A DNA stretch of 64,000 nucleotides from assembly GCA_016839555.1 (NCBI GenBank), contig JAEOUA010000006.1:128001-192000 (forward strand), given 5' to 3'. Numbering within the stretch: the stretch's first letter is position 1; the number at the start of each line of letters is the position of its first letter. Below are positions 1 to 10,095 of this stretch, piece by piece. This DNA comes from Promethearchaeota archaeon (lineage in GTDB: Archaea > Asgardarchaeota > Lokiarchaeia > Sigyniarchaeales > SOKP01). Below the pieces are notes generated by a model. It did not search any database, was not told the DNA's origin, and saw nothing but the letters and a program-made list of their open reading frames with translations. The position numbers and the translations under genes are program-made.

Positions 1-47
1 GGTTTAAAATAAGCATAGATAAAAATATTTGCATCTAAATATATCAT
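1..47 (-). CDS. vapC: PIN-domain (VapC-like) toxin, 5' end only; runs off the window
   Basis: Manual translation from ATG at 47 gives MIYLDANIFIYAYFK, a typical PIN N-terminal D-x-N motif, 6 nt downstream of an AbrB-type antitoxin. Confidence 0.75.
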   Translation of the reverse strand, partial: MIYLDANIFIYAYFK

Positions 48-53
48 TTTAAC

Positions 54-305
54 TTAATCCAGTTTATTCTTTGATAAATGTTTTTCAAATTCAGACCAAT
101 TTTCTAATTTATTAATTAAGTTTTCATCAAATTCTAATTTATCAAAAAATTGAGTTAAATCTATTTTTCTCTTTGGAATAATTCTTAAAATTCCCCCCTC
201 TTCTATAATAATTACTTCATTCCCATCCTTAAGCTCTTTTTCTCTCCAATTGAGTGGCAACTCAATCTTCCCTTGAGAATCTACTTTTTTTATTTCTGTA
301 TTCAT
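54..305 (-). CDS. AbrB/MazE/SpoVT-family antitoxin (VapB-like)
   Basis: KKVDSQGKIELPLNWREKELKDGNEVIIIEEGGILRIIP matches the swapped-hairpin AbrB pattern; ATG at 305 preferred over TTG at 326; directly precedes a PIN gene. Confidence 0.8.
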   Translation of the reverse strand: MNTEIKKVDSQGKIELPLNWREKELKDGNEVIIIEEGGILRIIPKRKIDLTQFFDKLEFDENLINKLENWSEFEKHLSKNKLD

Positions 306-471
306 TCCTTTTATCACTAAGTTCAATTAATAATTATTTTATCCCATAATATTATTAAAACGCCAAAATTTAAATCTTTTGGATGTTTATTTCTCTTTTC
401 TCTTTTCATTTATGAATTCTTCCATCGATTCCGGATCTGGCATGGCCTCTTTATATTCTTTCTCCGCTCCC

Positions 472-630
472 TCAGATATTTTTAATTGAAGATGCTTTAT
501 TGAATATAAATTTATCTAACAGAGAAATGATTGATGTATTTTCATCCATAAAATAAGCAATTAAAATACCAGAATCCAGTACTACTTCATTGGATTCATT
601 AAAAAGTTGATTTAGTGATATTTCATTCAT
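472..630 (-). pseudogene. Truncated PIN/VapC fragment (52 aa)
   Basis: Manual translation MNEISLNQLFNESNEVVLDSGILIAYFMDENTSIISLLDKFIF...; VVLDSGILIAY is a PIN N-terminal motif; stops at TGA 472-474. Confidence 0.6.
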
Positions 631-640
631 TGCGACTTTT

Positions 641-925
641 CCACCCCTTGATATTCCCTATCGGAGCCTCATTCCTCTCAAGATTGATAATTTGCTGATC
701 GCGAGACGATGCGTTTCATCCGACCGCGTTGCGCAATCTGCCCTTCGGATTGGTGGTACCAGCATGAGCACCGGGGAGGCGGCAGGTACAGCAGCTGCAC
801 TCTCAATACAGAAAGAAGTTAAACCGCGTCAGATGGATGGCAAACTTGTCAAGCAGGCGTTAGAAACACACGGAGTTAATATCAGACCAGAAAAAAGCAG
901 CATCCCAGAAGAATGTATGTTTTAA
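641..925 (+). pseudogene. C-terminal fragment of an FAD-dependent oxidoreductase (FAD_oxidored-like)
   Basis: In-frame DIPYRSLIPLKIDNLLIARRCVSSDRVAQSALRIGGTSMSTGEAAGTAAAL is the conserved C-terminal block; the N-terminal FAD-binding part is absent. Confidence 0.75.
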
Positions 926-1002
926 TTTAAAGTGTATATAACAAATTTTTAAGATCTTTTATGTTAGCTTCTAACAAGTTTTGTCAATTTTACTTTGAAT
1001 AA

Positions 1003-1680
1003 TTACATTTTTTTCTTCAATAAAATCTTCATCCAGCCTTCAAAAAATTCCATTTTAAAATTATTTTTAAATCTTGTATGTTCAAGAATGCTTTTTATTC
1101 TTGTTTGATAAGTTTTCCATTTAAAACCATGGAATTTTGTGATTTGGCTAAAAACCTTATAACGAAAGAATCCATATTGCTGCCTCAATTTCACAGTAAG
1201 ATTATCGGGGGCAGAATAACATCCATCATATATCCAAGCTTCACTATTTTTCTTTAACACACGATAACATTCATTAAATACCTTTATTGGGTGCTTCCAA
1301 TGATGGAGGGATCCAGTACTGGTAATGAAATCAATAGAATTATTAGAAAAAGGTAGATTTATAGCATTTGCTATCCGAAAAGAAACATTATTATAATCTC
1401 TCCCATATCCGGAGGCAATCTTAACCATTCTAGGACTTAAATCGATTCCAATCACAGTTATTTGTGGTGCCCGTTTAGCTATTTCTATTGATAAAAACCC
1501 CGTACCGCAACCAAGATCTACCACGATACCTCTATTTATTTTTTTTACAATAGATTTAGCAATACTTAGTTCTGGTTTGATTAAGATTCTCCTTACAATT
1601 GCGTTATAGACAATTGCTCCTGGACCTGGAATCTTTTCTATTTTAACTTGTAGGTCTTTTATAAAATTACTAATCATCAT
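1003..1680 (-). CDS. Class I SAM-dependent methyltransferase (UbiE/Methyltransf_11-like)
   Basis: VVDLGCGTG, GIDLS, LPFSNNSIDFI, SLHHW, RVLK motifs. Confidence 0.9.
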   Translation of the reverse strand: MMISNFIKDLQVKIEKIPGPGAIVYNAIVRRILIKPELSIAKSIVKKINRGIVVDLGCGTGFLSIEIAKRAPQITVIGIDLSPRMVKIASGYGRDYNNVSFRIANAINLPFSNNSIDFITSTGSLHHWKHPIKVFNECYRVLKKNSEAWIYDGCYSAPDNLTVKLRQQYGFFRYKVFSQITKFHGFKWKTYQTRIKSILEHTRFKNNFKMEFFEGWMKILLKKKM

Positions 1681-1824
1681 AATAAAGCTATTTATAATTA
1701 GTAAGAATTTTCACTTATATATTCTTATCGGCATTATATCGACAAGTTTTAAAAATAAGAGAACCCTTTAAAAACTATAAATAAACTCAATAAAATTTTA
1801 GAAGAATTTTAATATATTTTAATC

Positions 1825-3258
1825 ATGAAGATTTTTTTAATTATTTTCGATACACTACGAAAAGATCATACTGGCAAAACTTATGGAAATGAATGGATAA
1901 GCACACCTAACTTTGATAAATTTGCTCAAGATTGCATAGTTTTTGATAAGGCTTATCCTGAATCCTTAGCAACAATTCCCGTTAGGAGAACGATACATAC
2001 CGGGGCTCGAACTTTTCCATTTACTCAAAAAACCCCTGATCTGCGAACAGATGATGTGGTAATTTTAGCAGGATGGGAACCTATCCCCCCAAATCAAAAG
2101 CATTTATCAGAATATATGAATTCCCATGGATATCTCACAGCATTCATCACCTCAACTTATCATCAATTTAAACCAAATATGAATTTTCATCTTGGATACG
2201 ATCAATGGAATTGGATTCGTGGACATGAAGATGATCATTACAGAACTCGTTTAAGAGAGGATAAAGGCAGTCTTTCTAAAATAGTAAATAGACATATAGC
2301 GAAGAAAAATTTAGTGGCTAAAGCTTATCAGAAACGAATCTTGAAATCCTATTTTCCGAATATTCAAGAGCGCTCAAAAGAAGACGATTTCTTTCCGGCT
2401 AAAACGTTTAATAAAGCATTTGAATTTATTAAAGATTCTAAATCAGATAAGAAAGTGTTCTGTTTTATTGATGAATTCGATCCGCATGAGCCCTGGGATC
2501 CCCCTCAACACTTTCTAGATTTATACCTTGATAAAAATTATTCGGGTAAAAAAATAATCACACCAGCATATAGCTTAACTAAAAATTATCTTTCAGATGA
2601 TGAGTTAAAATGCATGAGAGCTTGTTATGCCGGAGAAGTATCGATGTGTGATTATTGGTTTGGAAACTTTATAGAGGAATTGAAACAGATGGAGATCTAC
2701 GATGATTCTTTAATAATTTTAACCAGTGATCATGGCCATAGCATTGGAGAACATGATGCGATTGGAAAATTACCAATGTTTATGCATCCCGAATTGGTGG
2801 ATATCCCTCTCATGATTAAACCGCCCGGAGGAATACACGGACCAAAACGAATTTCGAAAACGTATGTGTATCACCATGATATTACGGCAACCATTTTAGG
2901 GCTGGTTGCTAAAAATTTGCCTGAGCAACTCGAAGGAATCGACTTATCAGTGTTTTTTAATAATTCAGACCAACTTCTACAGAATAGAGATTATATAACA
3001 TGTGGATTTGATATGTTTACTCTTTATAAAGATGATAATTTTGCGTTAATTACTTCCAATGATAAGGAGGTACAGAAATTATATGACTTAAATACGGATC
3101 CCTCGTGGAATGAAAATATTGCTTCGGATCATCCCGAAATTTGTGAAGATTTATTTAATAAAATTGTAAAAGATGCTAACGGAAAGCTTCATTTAGGAGA
3201 TTCAAAATCTATAGAATTATATAAATCTTGGTATGTTTCGGATACAAAGAAAAAATAA
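1825..3258 (+). CDS. Sulfatase-like hydrolase (alkaline phosphatase superfamily)
   Basis: DTLRKDH, TPNFD, TIPVRRTIHTG, DPHEPWDPP, TSDHGH, LYDLNTDP motifs. Confidence 0.9.
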   Translation: MKIFLIIFDTLRKDHTGKTYGNEWISTPNFDKFAQDCIVFDKAYPESLATIPVRRTIHTGARTFPFTQKTPDLRTDDVVILAGWEPIPPNQKHLSEYMNSHGYLTAFITSTYHQFKPNMNFHLGYDQWNWIRGHEDDHYRTRLREDKGSLSKIVNRHIAKKNLVAKAYQKRILKSYFPNIQERSKEDDFFPAKTFNKAFEFIKDSKSDKKVFCFIDEFDPHEPWDPPQHFLDLYLDKNYSGKKIITPAYSLTKNYLSDDELKCMRACYAGEVSMCDYWFGNFIEELKQMEIYDDSLIILTSDHGHSIGEHDAIGKLPMFMHPELVDIPLMIKPPGGIHGPKRISKTYVYHHDITATILGLVAKNLPEQLEGIDLSVFFNNSDQLLQNRDYITCGFDMFTLYKDDNFALITSNDKEVQKLYDLNTDPSWNENIASDHPEICEDLFNKIVKDANGKLHLGDSKSIELYKSWYVSDTKKK

Positions 3259-3403
3259 ATCTGGTTAATGAAATTAGAGAATTAGAAAATTAAATTCATA
3301 AAATAGATTCATAAAAAGATTTTTATAATATAAGGTTGATTTATTTTTATTGGTTGAAATTTTAACTTTAAGAATATAAAAATTTAAAAAATAGGTATCT
3401 AAA

Positions 3404-4828
3404 ATGAATGAACATTTAGAAGAAGAATCGTCTAAATATATCAGCTTAACACGTAAAGAAATGTTAAATTATGCAGTCGGATATATCCCAAATACTTTCA
3501 TGGCTGGAGTATTTACATTATTATACGTCAATTTTTTCTGGAATTATCTCGAATTAAATCAAACTTATTTTATAATTGGACAAGTAATTTATGCCACAAT
3601 TAATGCACTGAACGATCCAGTAACAGGTCATATCAGTGATAAAACGGATGTAGATAGATGGGGAAGCCGTCGATTAATTTATATTAAATATTTTGGGCCA
3701 CTATGGGCTGTTTTTTATTTTTTAATGTGGATTCCATGGAGTTATAACAGCCAAATCATTATTTTTATCCATTTTGTGCTAAGTATTTGCATTTTTGATA
3801 CGTTTCTTTCTCTCGTGATCGGTTTATATATGTCTTTAATGTCTGAAATTACTGATAGTGTCAAATTCCGCTATAAACTATATTTCTATGCGAACATCTT
3901 TAGTTTTATTGGGTTAATTCCTGCTATTTTTGCTCAATCCTTTTTCGAGGCAAGTATACAAATATTTCAAATATTTAATGGAATCTTCGCATTGTTATGC
4001 ATAATTTTATATATCTATGCCGTCCGACACATAAAAGAACGACCGGAATTAAGAAAAGAAGAGGATTACTCCTTTTTTCAAGCAATCAAAGCGGTGATAC
4101 AATCAAGAGCCTTTTTGACCAGAACTGCATATATATTTTTCAATAATATCGGAAGAGCAATGGTATATTCTTTTGTATTTGCCTTTTTGTACATCTTAGG
4201 GTCGGGCCCGCTCAATCAGATACTATTTATAGCAATGGTGTATCTGTTAGGGTTTGCCTCACAATATATTTATATGATCGTTGAAAAAAACTGGGGAATT
4301 AGAAAAACTATTCTTATCCTAAAACTTACCTATGTTATACTTAGTCTTATTAGCTTCTTTGTGGTAGTTGTATTCGATGCGCCGATATTTGTGTGGATTT
4401 GCGTCGCGATAATTTCAATGTTTTCAGGATTTAATGTATTTGATTTCGTGCTGTTAACCTTTGCGATTGATGAAGATGAATTAAAATATGGAAGCAGGCG
4501 CGAAAGCATTTTCCAAGGCACGAGCTCTCTCTTGTTCAAGCCGGCAGACAGTCTTGGTCCAATTATTGCTACGCAAATACTCCTTGCGTTTAGTTTTATA
4601 CAAGGCGAGCCTGTGCAAACCCCATCGGCACTCTTAGGGATTAAAGTTCTCTTGTTTGTCGCCCCCGCAATATTCCAAGCAATTAGCTTGATTTTCATCT
4701 ATCTATTTCCTTATTATGGCGAAAAACTAGAGAAACTCAATGAAGATATCAAGATATTACACGCGCAAAAGAAACAAAAGTATACCGAAATCGAAAAAAG
4801 TAGGATGGCTAAAGAGCCACGTGTTTAA
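3404..4828 (+). CDS. MFS transporter, GPH (MelB/Na+-sugar symporter-like) family
   Basis: About 12 hydrophobic segments; NALNDPVTGHISD, RWGSRR, IDEDELKYGSRRES motifs. Confidence 0.88.
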   Translation: MNEHLEEESSKYISLTRKEMLNYAVGYIPNTFMAGVFTLLYVNFFWNYLELNQTYFIIGQVIYATINALNDPVTGHISDKTDVDRWGSRRLIYIKYFGPLWAVFYFLMWIPWSYNSQIIIFIHFVLSICIFDTFLSLVIGLYMSLMSEITDSVKFRYKLYFYANIFSFIGLIPAIFAQSFFEASIQIFQIFNGIFALLCIILYIYAVRHIKERPELRKEEDYSFFQAIKAVIQSRAFLTRTAYIFFNNIGRAMVYSFVFAFLYILGSGPLNQILFIAMVYLLGFASQYIYMIVEKNWGIRKTILILKLTYVILSLISFFVVVVFDAPIFVWICVAIISMFSGFNVFDFVLLTFAIDEDELKYGSRRESIFQGTSSLLFKPADSLGPIIATQILLAFSFIQGEPVQTPSALLGIKVLLFVAPAIFQAISLIFIYLFPYYGEKLEKLNEDIKILHAQKKQKYTEIEKSRMAKEPRV

Positions 4829-5017
4829 GTTATGCATTTATTTATCAAAGGCGTACTTCTCTTCTGAAGAATAAACATTAAGGTATTAACCACCCTACAA
4901 CATTTTTTCTTTTTGGTTTTTGGGATTAAGTTGTAATTTAGTAGCCTCCTAAACTATGCATCCCGCATTGGTTATAACTTATTTTAATAGATCTAGATTA
5001 AATTAAAGATTCATAAA

Positions 5018-5146
5018 TTATCTTTCAATAAAAAACCCATTATCTTTTAAGGGTTGGAGATGGTTTTCGAGGAACTCCAGGAGCGCCTTCAATCTATTTC
5101 AACTTAGATTCAATGTCTCCAAATTTGAAAGATTTCCTAAAGATTC
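5018..5146 (-). pseudogene. Leucine-rich-repeat gene remnant
   Basis: Manual translation ESLGNLSNLETLNLS*NRLKALLE fits LxxLxxLxLxxNxL, with an internal TGA. Confidence 0.6.
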
Positions 5147-5259
5147 AAAAAAAGATATAATAAAATTTAAAAGAATAAAAAAAATTTAATAATTGACATA
5201 AAATCAAATCAAAATTAAAAATTTAATATAAAACTCAAATATTAAAAAAGGGTAATTAA

Positions 5260-6177
5260 ATGGATATACTTTCTATAGTGTCTTTTATTATAATTCTCGG
5301 TTTATTAGCATTGCTTTTCATAGTTATTTATCTTCTAAAAAAAGAAGGAGCTAAGTCTGAAGATATATCTAAGAAAATAAAAGAAGATCTAAGCTATTCA
5401 GAAAGAAGAATCTCAGATCAATTTAATAGAGTTACTAAATCAATTTCCGAAATAAAAGGAACTGCTGATTATTTTGGTGAAATAAGTACTGAATTAAAAG
5501 ATCTCTTATCCGGAGAAAGAAAAAGAGGGAAACTAGGAGAAATCTTAATTGAAAACATATTAAATGATGTATTACCATCATCATGCTGGGAAAAACAATA
5601 TACTCTTGGATCTCATGGAATAGTAGATATTGCGATATTAACAAAAAATTTTATAATACCAATCGATTGCAAATTCCCGTTAAATAATTATAAAAATATG
5701 GTGAAAGAAAACGACCCTGAGAAAAAGGAATCTTTTTTAAAAAAATTCATTAAAGATGTGAAAAAACGGATAGATGAAACTTCAAAATACGTCGCACCCG
5801 ATATGGAAACAACAGATTATTCTTTAATGTATGTCCCAGCTATAAGTATTTTTTTAACAATAATTGAAGAAGAAGAAATAATTGATTATTCAATCAATAA
5901 AAGGGTTTTATTATGCTCTCCTCTGACTCTTTATTATCTACTCCATGCCATTAACGAAACAATTAAGCGGGAACAGTTTCCAGAACAAATTGAAAGACTT
6001 TATCAGGATTTTTTAAAATTTCGAGAAGATATTAATAATTTTATAGATGAATTTAATATTTTAGGTGGACATTTAGAACGGGCTTCTAATAAATATCATG
6101 AAACAGAAAAAAGAATTAAAATGATCGAAGCAGAGTCTAAAGCTCTCGTCTTGGAAGATGATTTCTTTATGGATTAA
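5260..6177 (+). CDS. rmuC: RmuC-family protein
   Basis: N-terminal TM helix, coiled coil, RGKLGEILIENIL, VDIAI...IPIDCKFP, TTDYSLMYVP, SPLTL motifs. Confidence 0.88.
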   Translation: MDILSIVSFIIILGLLALLFIVIYLLKKEGAKSEDISKKIKEDLSYSERRISDQFNRVTKSISEIKGTADYFGEISTELKDLLSGERKRGKLGEILIENILNDVLPSSCWEKQYTLGSHGIVDIAILTKNFIIPIDCKFPLNNYKNMVKENDPEKKESFLKKFIKDVKKRIDETSKYVAPDMETTDYSLMYVPAISIFLTIIEEEEIIDYSINKRVLLCSPLTLYYLLHAINETIKREQFPEQIERLYQDFLKFREDINNFIDEFNILGGHLERASNKYHETEKRIKMIEAESKALVLEDDFFMD

Positions 6178-6525
6178 CGTTAAAAATATTAAACTAAATA
6201 TATTTCTTGATGAATTATTAAAAAAATCTCAAACGAGCTATTATTATAGTGTTTTATGATTTTTTTTATGATTAGAACAATAAGGAAAAAAAATTATATA
6301 TATCTTAAGTAGTAAGAAATATATGTAGAGAATTTTAATAAGAGTGAAATAAAACGAAGGAACAAAAGATTGGAAAACTAGAGAGAATTAGAAAAATAAA
6401 CCAACTCGGTGCTGGACCTCAGCTATGGTTCTTCCTTGATCGTAAAATCATTAATAATGTCGATACGTATGATAAAACAATTAAATTTAAAAGTGATAAG
6501 ATTAATGGAGTGTTTTCAAATAAAG

Positions 6526-6699
6526 CTATTGGAAAAAAATTTCTGAAATTTTATTCATATAAAGCGAGAGCGTTTCTACCACTTCTGTCTTATAAAGTCC
6601 TTCAATCTGCGAAATTTCTTCAATATCTAAGCCGCTGAGAATTAACCGCTTATAGTTATCCACTTTATACTTTTTGCCATCGTAAATGACATAATCCAT
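6526..6699 (-). pseudogene. Truncated LRR protein N-terminus (57 aa)
   Basis: Manual translation MDYVIYDGKKYKVDNYKRLILSGLDIEEISQIEGLYKTEVVETLSLYMNKISEIFFQ*; SDS22-like IEGL..L.L..N.I.EI repeat. Confidence 0.6.
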
Positions 6700-6921
6700 A
6701 CCTGGAATTTCTCCTATTATTTGTTTCGTTCAGATAAAATATAGTTTGAACTTTTATTTAAAAATTTTCTATAGATTTAGTAGAATGAGTATTTTTTAGT
6801 TTTGTTTAAATATTTTTTTTTGCGAATTAAATTAGCATTAATTTTTCTTTAAATATATTCATTTTCAAAGATCTTTTAAAAAAGAAATATCTATTTTCAA
6901 AAGCTTAGAGAGCAACAATTC

Positions 6922-7914
6922 ATGGAAGATAGTACTAAATATAATACTTTAGATATGCATGGTTATTTTAAAATAATAAAAGTTAGAAAGGTTAAAGTTA
7001 AAGATGATTTAGATCTGGTGCCTTTTATTGATGTTCTAAAAGATAAATTTCAGACACATAATCAAAATTCAAAAAGCAAGATTAAATTTAAATTAGTTGA
7101 AAATGTTCAATATCCTCTAGAAATTACAAAAAATAATGGATACTCGCCTTTTGCAGAAAATATAATTATAGTTAAATATACTCTTGAAATAATTCCAGAA
7201 GATACATATTATGAGAAAATAAATGGAGAATATGTCAAAATAACTGAAATCATAAAAGATTATATATTTATTATCTATCCAGAATTAATAGCTTTTAAAG
7301 GTAATAAACAACATTTCAGTAAAGTATGGAAGGATTTCAATGTACTTTTAAAGGATAAAGTTATAGTTATAAAAGATTATAGCTTCAATGTCGAATTTTT
7401 CATGTATTTATTGGAAAAAGCGATGTTCAATAAACCTCTGATCAGAGATGACTTTAAAATAATTTTTATAGAAGATTTGCTATTCGATGGAAGAGAAAAT
7501 TCTGTTCGTGAAATCCTAGAAGCAAAACATTTAATATATATTATTTTCTCCAGATATGTTATTATGAAATTACTTGAAAATAACAAACCAATTGAATGCA
7601 TATTTTATTTTATTTTATCTGACTGGAAATATTCTATTAAAATCGATAGAATAGGGAAAATCGAATTTTTTCAAAATAAAACAGATTTTAGAAATGCTTC
7701 TCATAATCTTAGAACTTTCTTAGGCTGTTATTTTATTGAACATTTAATTAGTCTTTACGATTTTTGGATTAATTTGAACAGTATGGATAAGTATATCTCT
7801 ATAAATTTCATCACAAATCTTATAAGACATTTAAAGATAGAAGAAGGTATAGATTTTTCTATAGAGGCTTTGGATATGATAAATTATTATATAAATAAAA
7901 GAAAGGAGGAATAA
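6922..7914 (+). CDS. Hypothetical protein (330 aa), coupled to the histone-fold gene
   Basis: Long ORF; ends 3 nt before the next ATG and contains an AGGAGG ribosome-binding-like sequence; no motif recognised. Confidence 0.7.
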   Translation: MEDSTKYNTLDMHGYFKIIKVRKVKVKDDLDLVPFIDVLKDKFQTHNQNSKSKIKFKLVENVQYPLEITKNNGYSPFAENIIIVKYTLEIIPEDTYYEKINGEYVKITEIIKDYIFIIYPELIAFKGNKQHFSKVWKDFNVLLKDKVIVIKDYSFNVEFFMYLLEKAMFNKPLIRDDFKIIFIEDLLFDGRENSVREILEAKHLIYIIFSRYVIMKLLENNKPIECIFYFILSDWKYSIKIDRIGKIEFFQNKTDFRNASHNLRTFLGCYFIEHLISLYDFWINLNSMDKYISINFITNLIRHLKIEEGIDFSIEALDMINYYINKRKEE

Positions 7915-7917
7915 TTT

Positions 7918-8259
7918 ATGAATAATCATGGTGAAAGGACACTCCATTTGTTTCCTCATAAAAGGATCAGAGAGCACATGAAAGAATTCGGTGTTAATGG
8001 GTTCGATGGGGGGGTTATTGATTATATCGAAGCAATACTATTTGTTATATTAAAGGATATCACAGAATATTCACTTATTTTTAGAGATTATGATGCTAGA
8101 GTAAGGACTTCCTTACGTGATATTTTTATGTGTTTACTAATTAATCATAAGGAATTATTACAAAAAACAAATGAGTTTATAGAAGACACTGATTTAATTG
8201 ATCCTGAAGTGAAACAAAAAATTTTGGAGAAGATTGATGAAAATATAAGATTATTTTAG
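7918..8259 (+). CDS. Divergent histone-fold protein with C-terminal extension
   Basis: Residues 12-73 align by eye, without gaps, to HMf-type archaeal histones, including the L2 R-x6-D signature (R61, D68). Confidence 0.7.
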   Translation: MNNHGERTLHLFPHKRIREHMKEFGVNGFDGGVIDYIEAILFVILKDITEYSLIFRDYDARVRTSLRDIFMCLLINHKELLQKTNEFIEDTDLIDPEVKQKILEKIDENIRLF

Positions 8260-8334
8260 AATTTTAGAATCTCTTAATAATTATTTTTAATCTTTTTTAT
8301 GCTTTAAATGATTCTAAGAAGAAAATTGGAGATT

Positions 8335-10095
8335 TCAATCTTTAATTATTTGTCTCGCATTTTTCTTCCATTTATTAATGCTGGCAACACCTACTCTATA
8401 TATCTCCTTCGCTTTTAATTTTGCATTACAATTCAGCAAATCTTTTATTGTGTGAATACCCACCTCATTTAATTTTTCTTTATTTTTTGAACCAATTCCA
8501 GGCACATCTTCCAAATTATACTTATCTCCTTTAACTAAAAAGAGTTTGCCTTCTTCTTTTTCCTTTGTCTCTGGTTTCTCAGCTTCTACAGATGGTTCAG
8601 GCTTAATTTCAATTTCTGTGGGTTCCACTACTGCCTCCTCTACCTCTACGCGCTCATGTTCAATTATTTGCTCGAGATTGGAGGATTTAAAAGCATTAAA
8701 TTCGATATTGTTATCATCTAATACTTTTCTTGCATCATCTGTGATATTGTTCGGTGGAGTTATAAAGAACGCATAATCGCCCTTATCAGGATTATATTCC
8801 CGACCTTTCATTCGTAATAACCAATCAGCAAATTTCTCAACTTTCCTTTTAATACTTGAGCGTTGAATCATAGAGGCTTCTCCAAAGGCTTTTTTAACAT
8901 AATTAGAACGATGAGTGGGTGCCGTCGCATAAATATCTAGATTATAACCTCCAATTTTCTTTATATCGGGTTCCAAGTGGATAAACCCTTTGGATTTTAA
9001 TTTATCTTCCATAAATTCTCTCGCATCGCTTTCATAGATTTTTCGTATTTCATATTCTGTATGATATGTATAATCCATTGAATCAATAACATTTGCTATA
9101 CATTTCAATAACTCCCTCGGTAGATAATAATATAAGGACTCCTTAACCTTCCTGAAAAATATTTTTCTTTCTTTTCTTTTAAATCCTATTTTATCTGCAA
9201 CTTGAGTTATTATTGCTTCCTTTTCCTTGGGTGTCAGATTTCCCAATATTATTTCTTTATTTTCAATGATACTTTTGAAATTTTTACTCTGCTCTTTTAA
9301 ATTTGTCCATTCTTCTTTCTTGGGATTTTGTAAACATGAAAGAACCAGATATAATCTCTCATTCGAGAACTTTTCCATGAGATGACGGATAAAACTTTCT
9401 AAAATAAGCTTTAAAAGCACATTGGATTTGTCTATTTCATTTAAAAACTGAAGCTCATCAAACCCAATAGTAACTAAATAATTTTGGTCTAAAGCTAATT
9501 CTATAAATCCAAAAAATAAATCTCGTATCGTTTTTGAATTTATAATCCCCCCATAAAAATAATTTAACGCAATTTCTCGCTCCCCAGGATCTTTTAGAAT
9601 TAATTTAAGGAGGTGGTCAATTAATTGTTTATTTCGAAATTTTTGATTAAGTTCAAGCCTTCTTCTATGACTACTAATATTTTCGATTAATTCTGTTAAA
9701 ATATTATTTTCCTCGTCAATCAGTTGACTGATTAATTCTTGGACGAAAATATCCCAAAATTGGTCTTTATCCTCTGTGATTTCTTTAAAATCAAAAAATA
9801 AATATAGATTTCTTTCTGGAGCTATTTGATTTAATCGCTCTTGTACCTTAAACTTTAAGAGAGTTGTTTTCCCAGCTCCATTAGGTCCTATTACCGGGCG
9901 AATGGTTGTAATTTTAAGATTTTGAACGTTTAATAAATCTTGGCGAAAAATTTCGATGATTTGCTTCCCAATAAAGTTGGAACTTGCCTTGACTCCTTCA
10001 GACTCTTTTGAACTGAGTGGATGTTTCACTTCCCGCTCTATATATATCCAGTTTTGGGGGAATCCTTGCTCTAACCTCAGAATTCTCCTTCTCAA
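8335..10095 (-). CDS. P-loop ATPase + restriction-endonuclease-like domain + C-terminal helix-hairpin-helix
   Basis: Walker A GPNGAGKT; Walker B IGFDE; NLDIYA...FGEAS Mrr-like segment; LEDVPGIG...LNEVGIHTIKDL and RVGVASINKW HhH motifs. Confidence 0.75.
   Translation of the reverse strand: MRRRILRLEQGFPQNWIYIEREVKHPLSSKESEGVKASSNFIGKQIIEIFRQDLLNVQNLKITTIRPVIGPNGAGKTTLLKFKVQERLNQIAPERNLYLFFDFKEITEDKDQFWDIFVQELISQLIDEENNILTELIENISSHRRRLELNQKFRNKQLIDHLLKLILKDPGEREIALNYFYGGIINSKTIRDLFFGFIELALDQNYLVTIGFDELQFLNEIDKSNVLLKLILESFIRHLMEKFSNERLYLVLSCLQNPKKEEWTNLKEQSKNFKSIIENKEIILGNLTPKEKEAIITQVADKIGFKRKERKIFFRKVKESLYYYLPRELLKCIANVIDSMDYTYHTEYEIRKIYESDAREFMEDKLKSKGFIHLEPDIKKIGGYNLDIYATAPTHRSNYVKKAFGEASMIQRSSIKRKVEKFADWLLRMKGREYNPDKGDYAFFITPPNNITDDARKVLDDNNIEFNAFKSSNLEQIIEHERVEVEEAVVEPTEIEIKPEPSVEAEKPETKEKEEGKLFLVKGDKYNLEDVPGIGSKNKEKLNEVGIHTIKDLLNCNAKLKAKEIYRVGVASINKWKKNARQIIKD

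Noticed and set aside
6402-6638. Plus-strand open frame QLGAGPQLWFFLDRK...
   Set aside because: No clear start or motif, and it partly overlaps the better-supported minus-strand LRR fragment.
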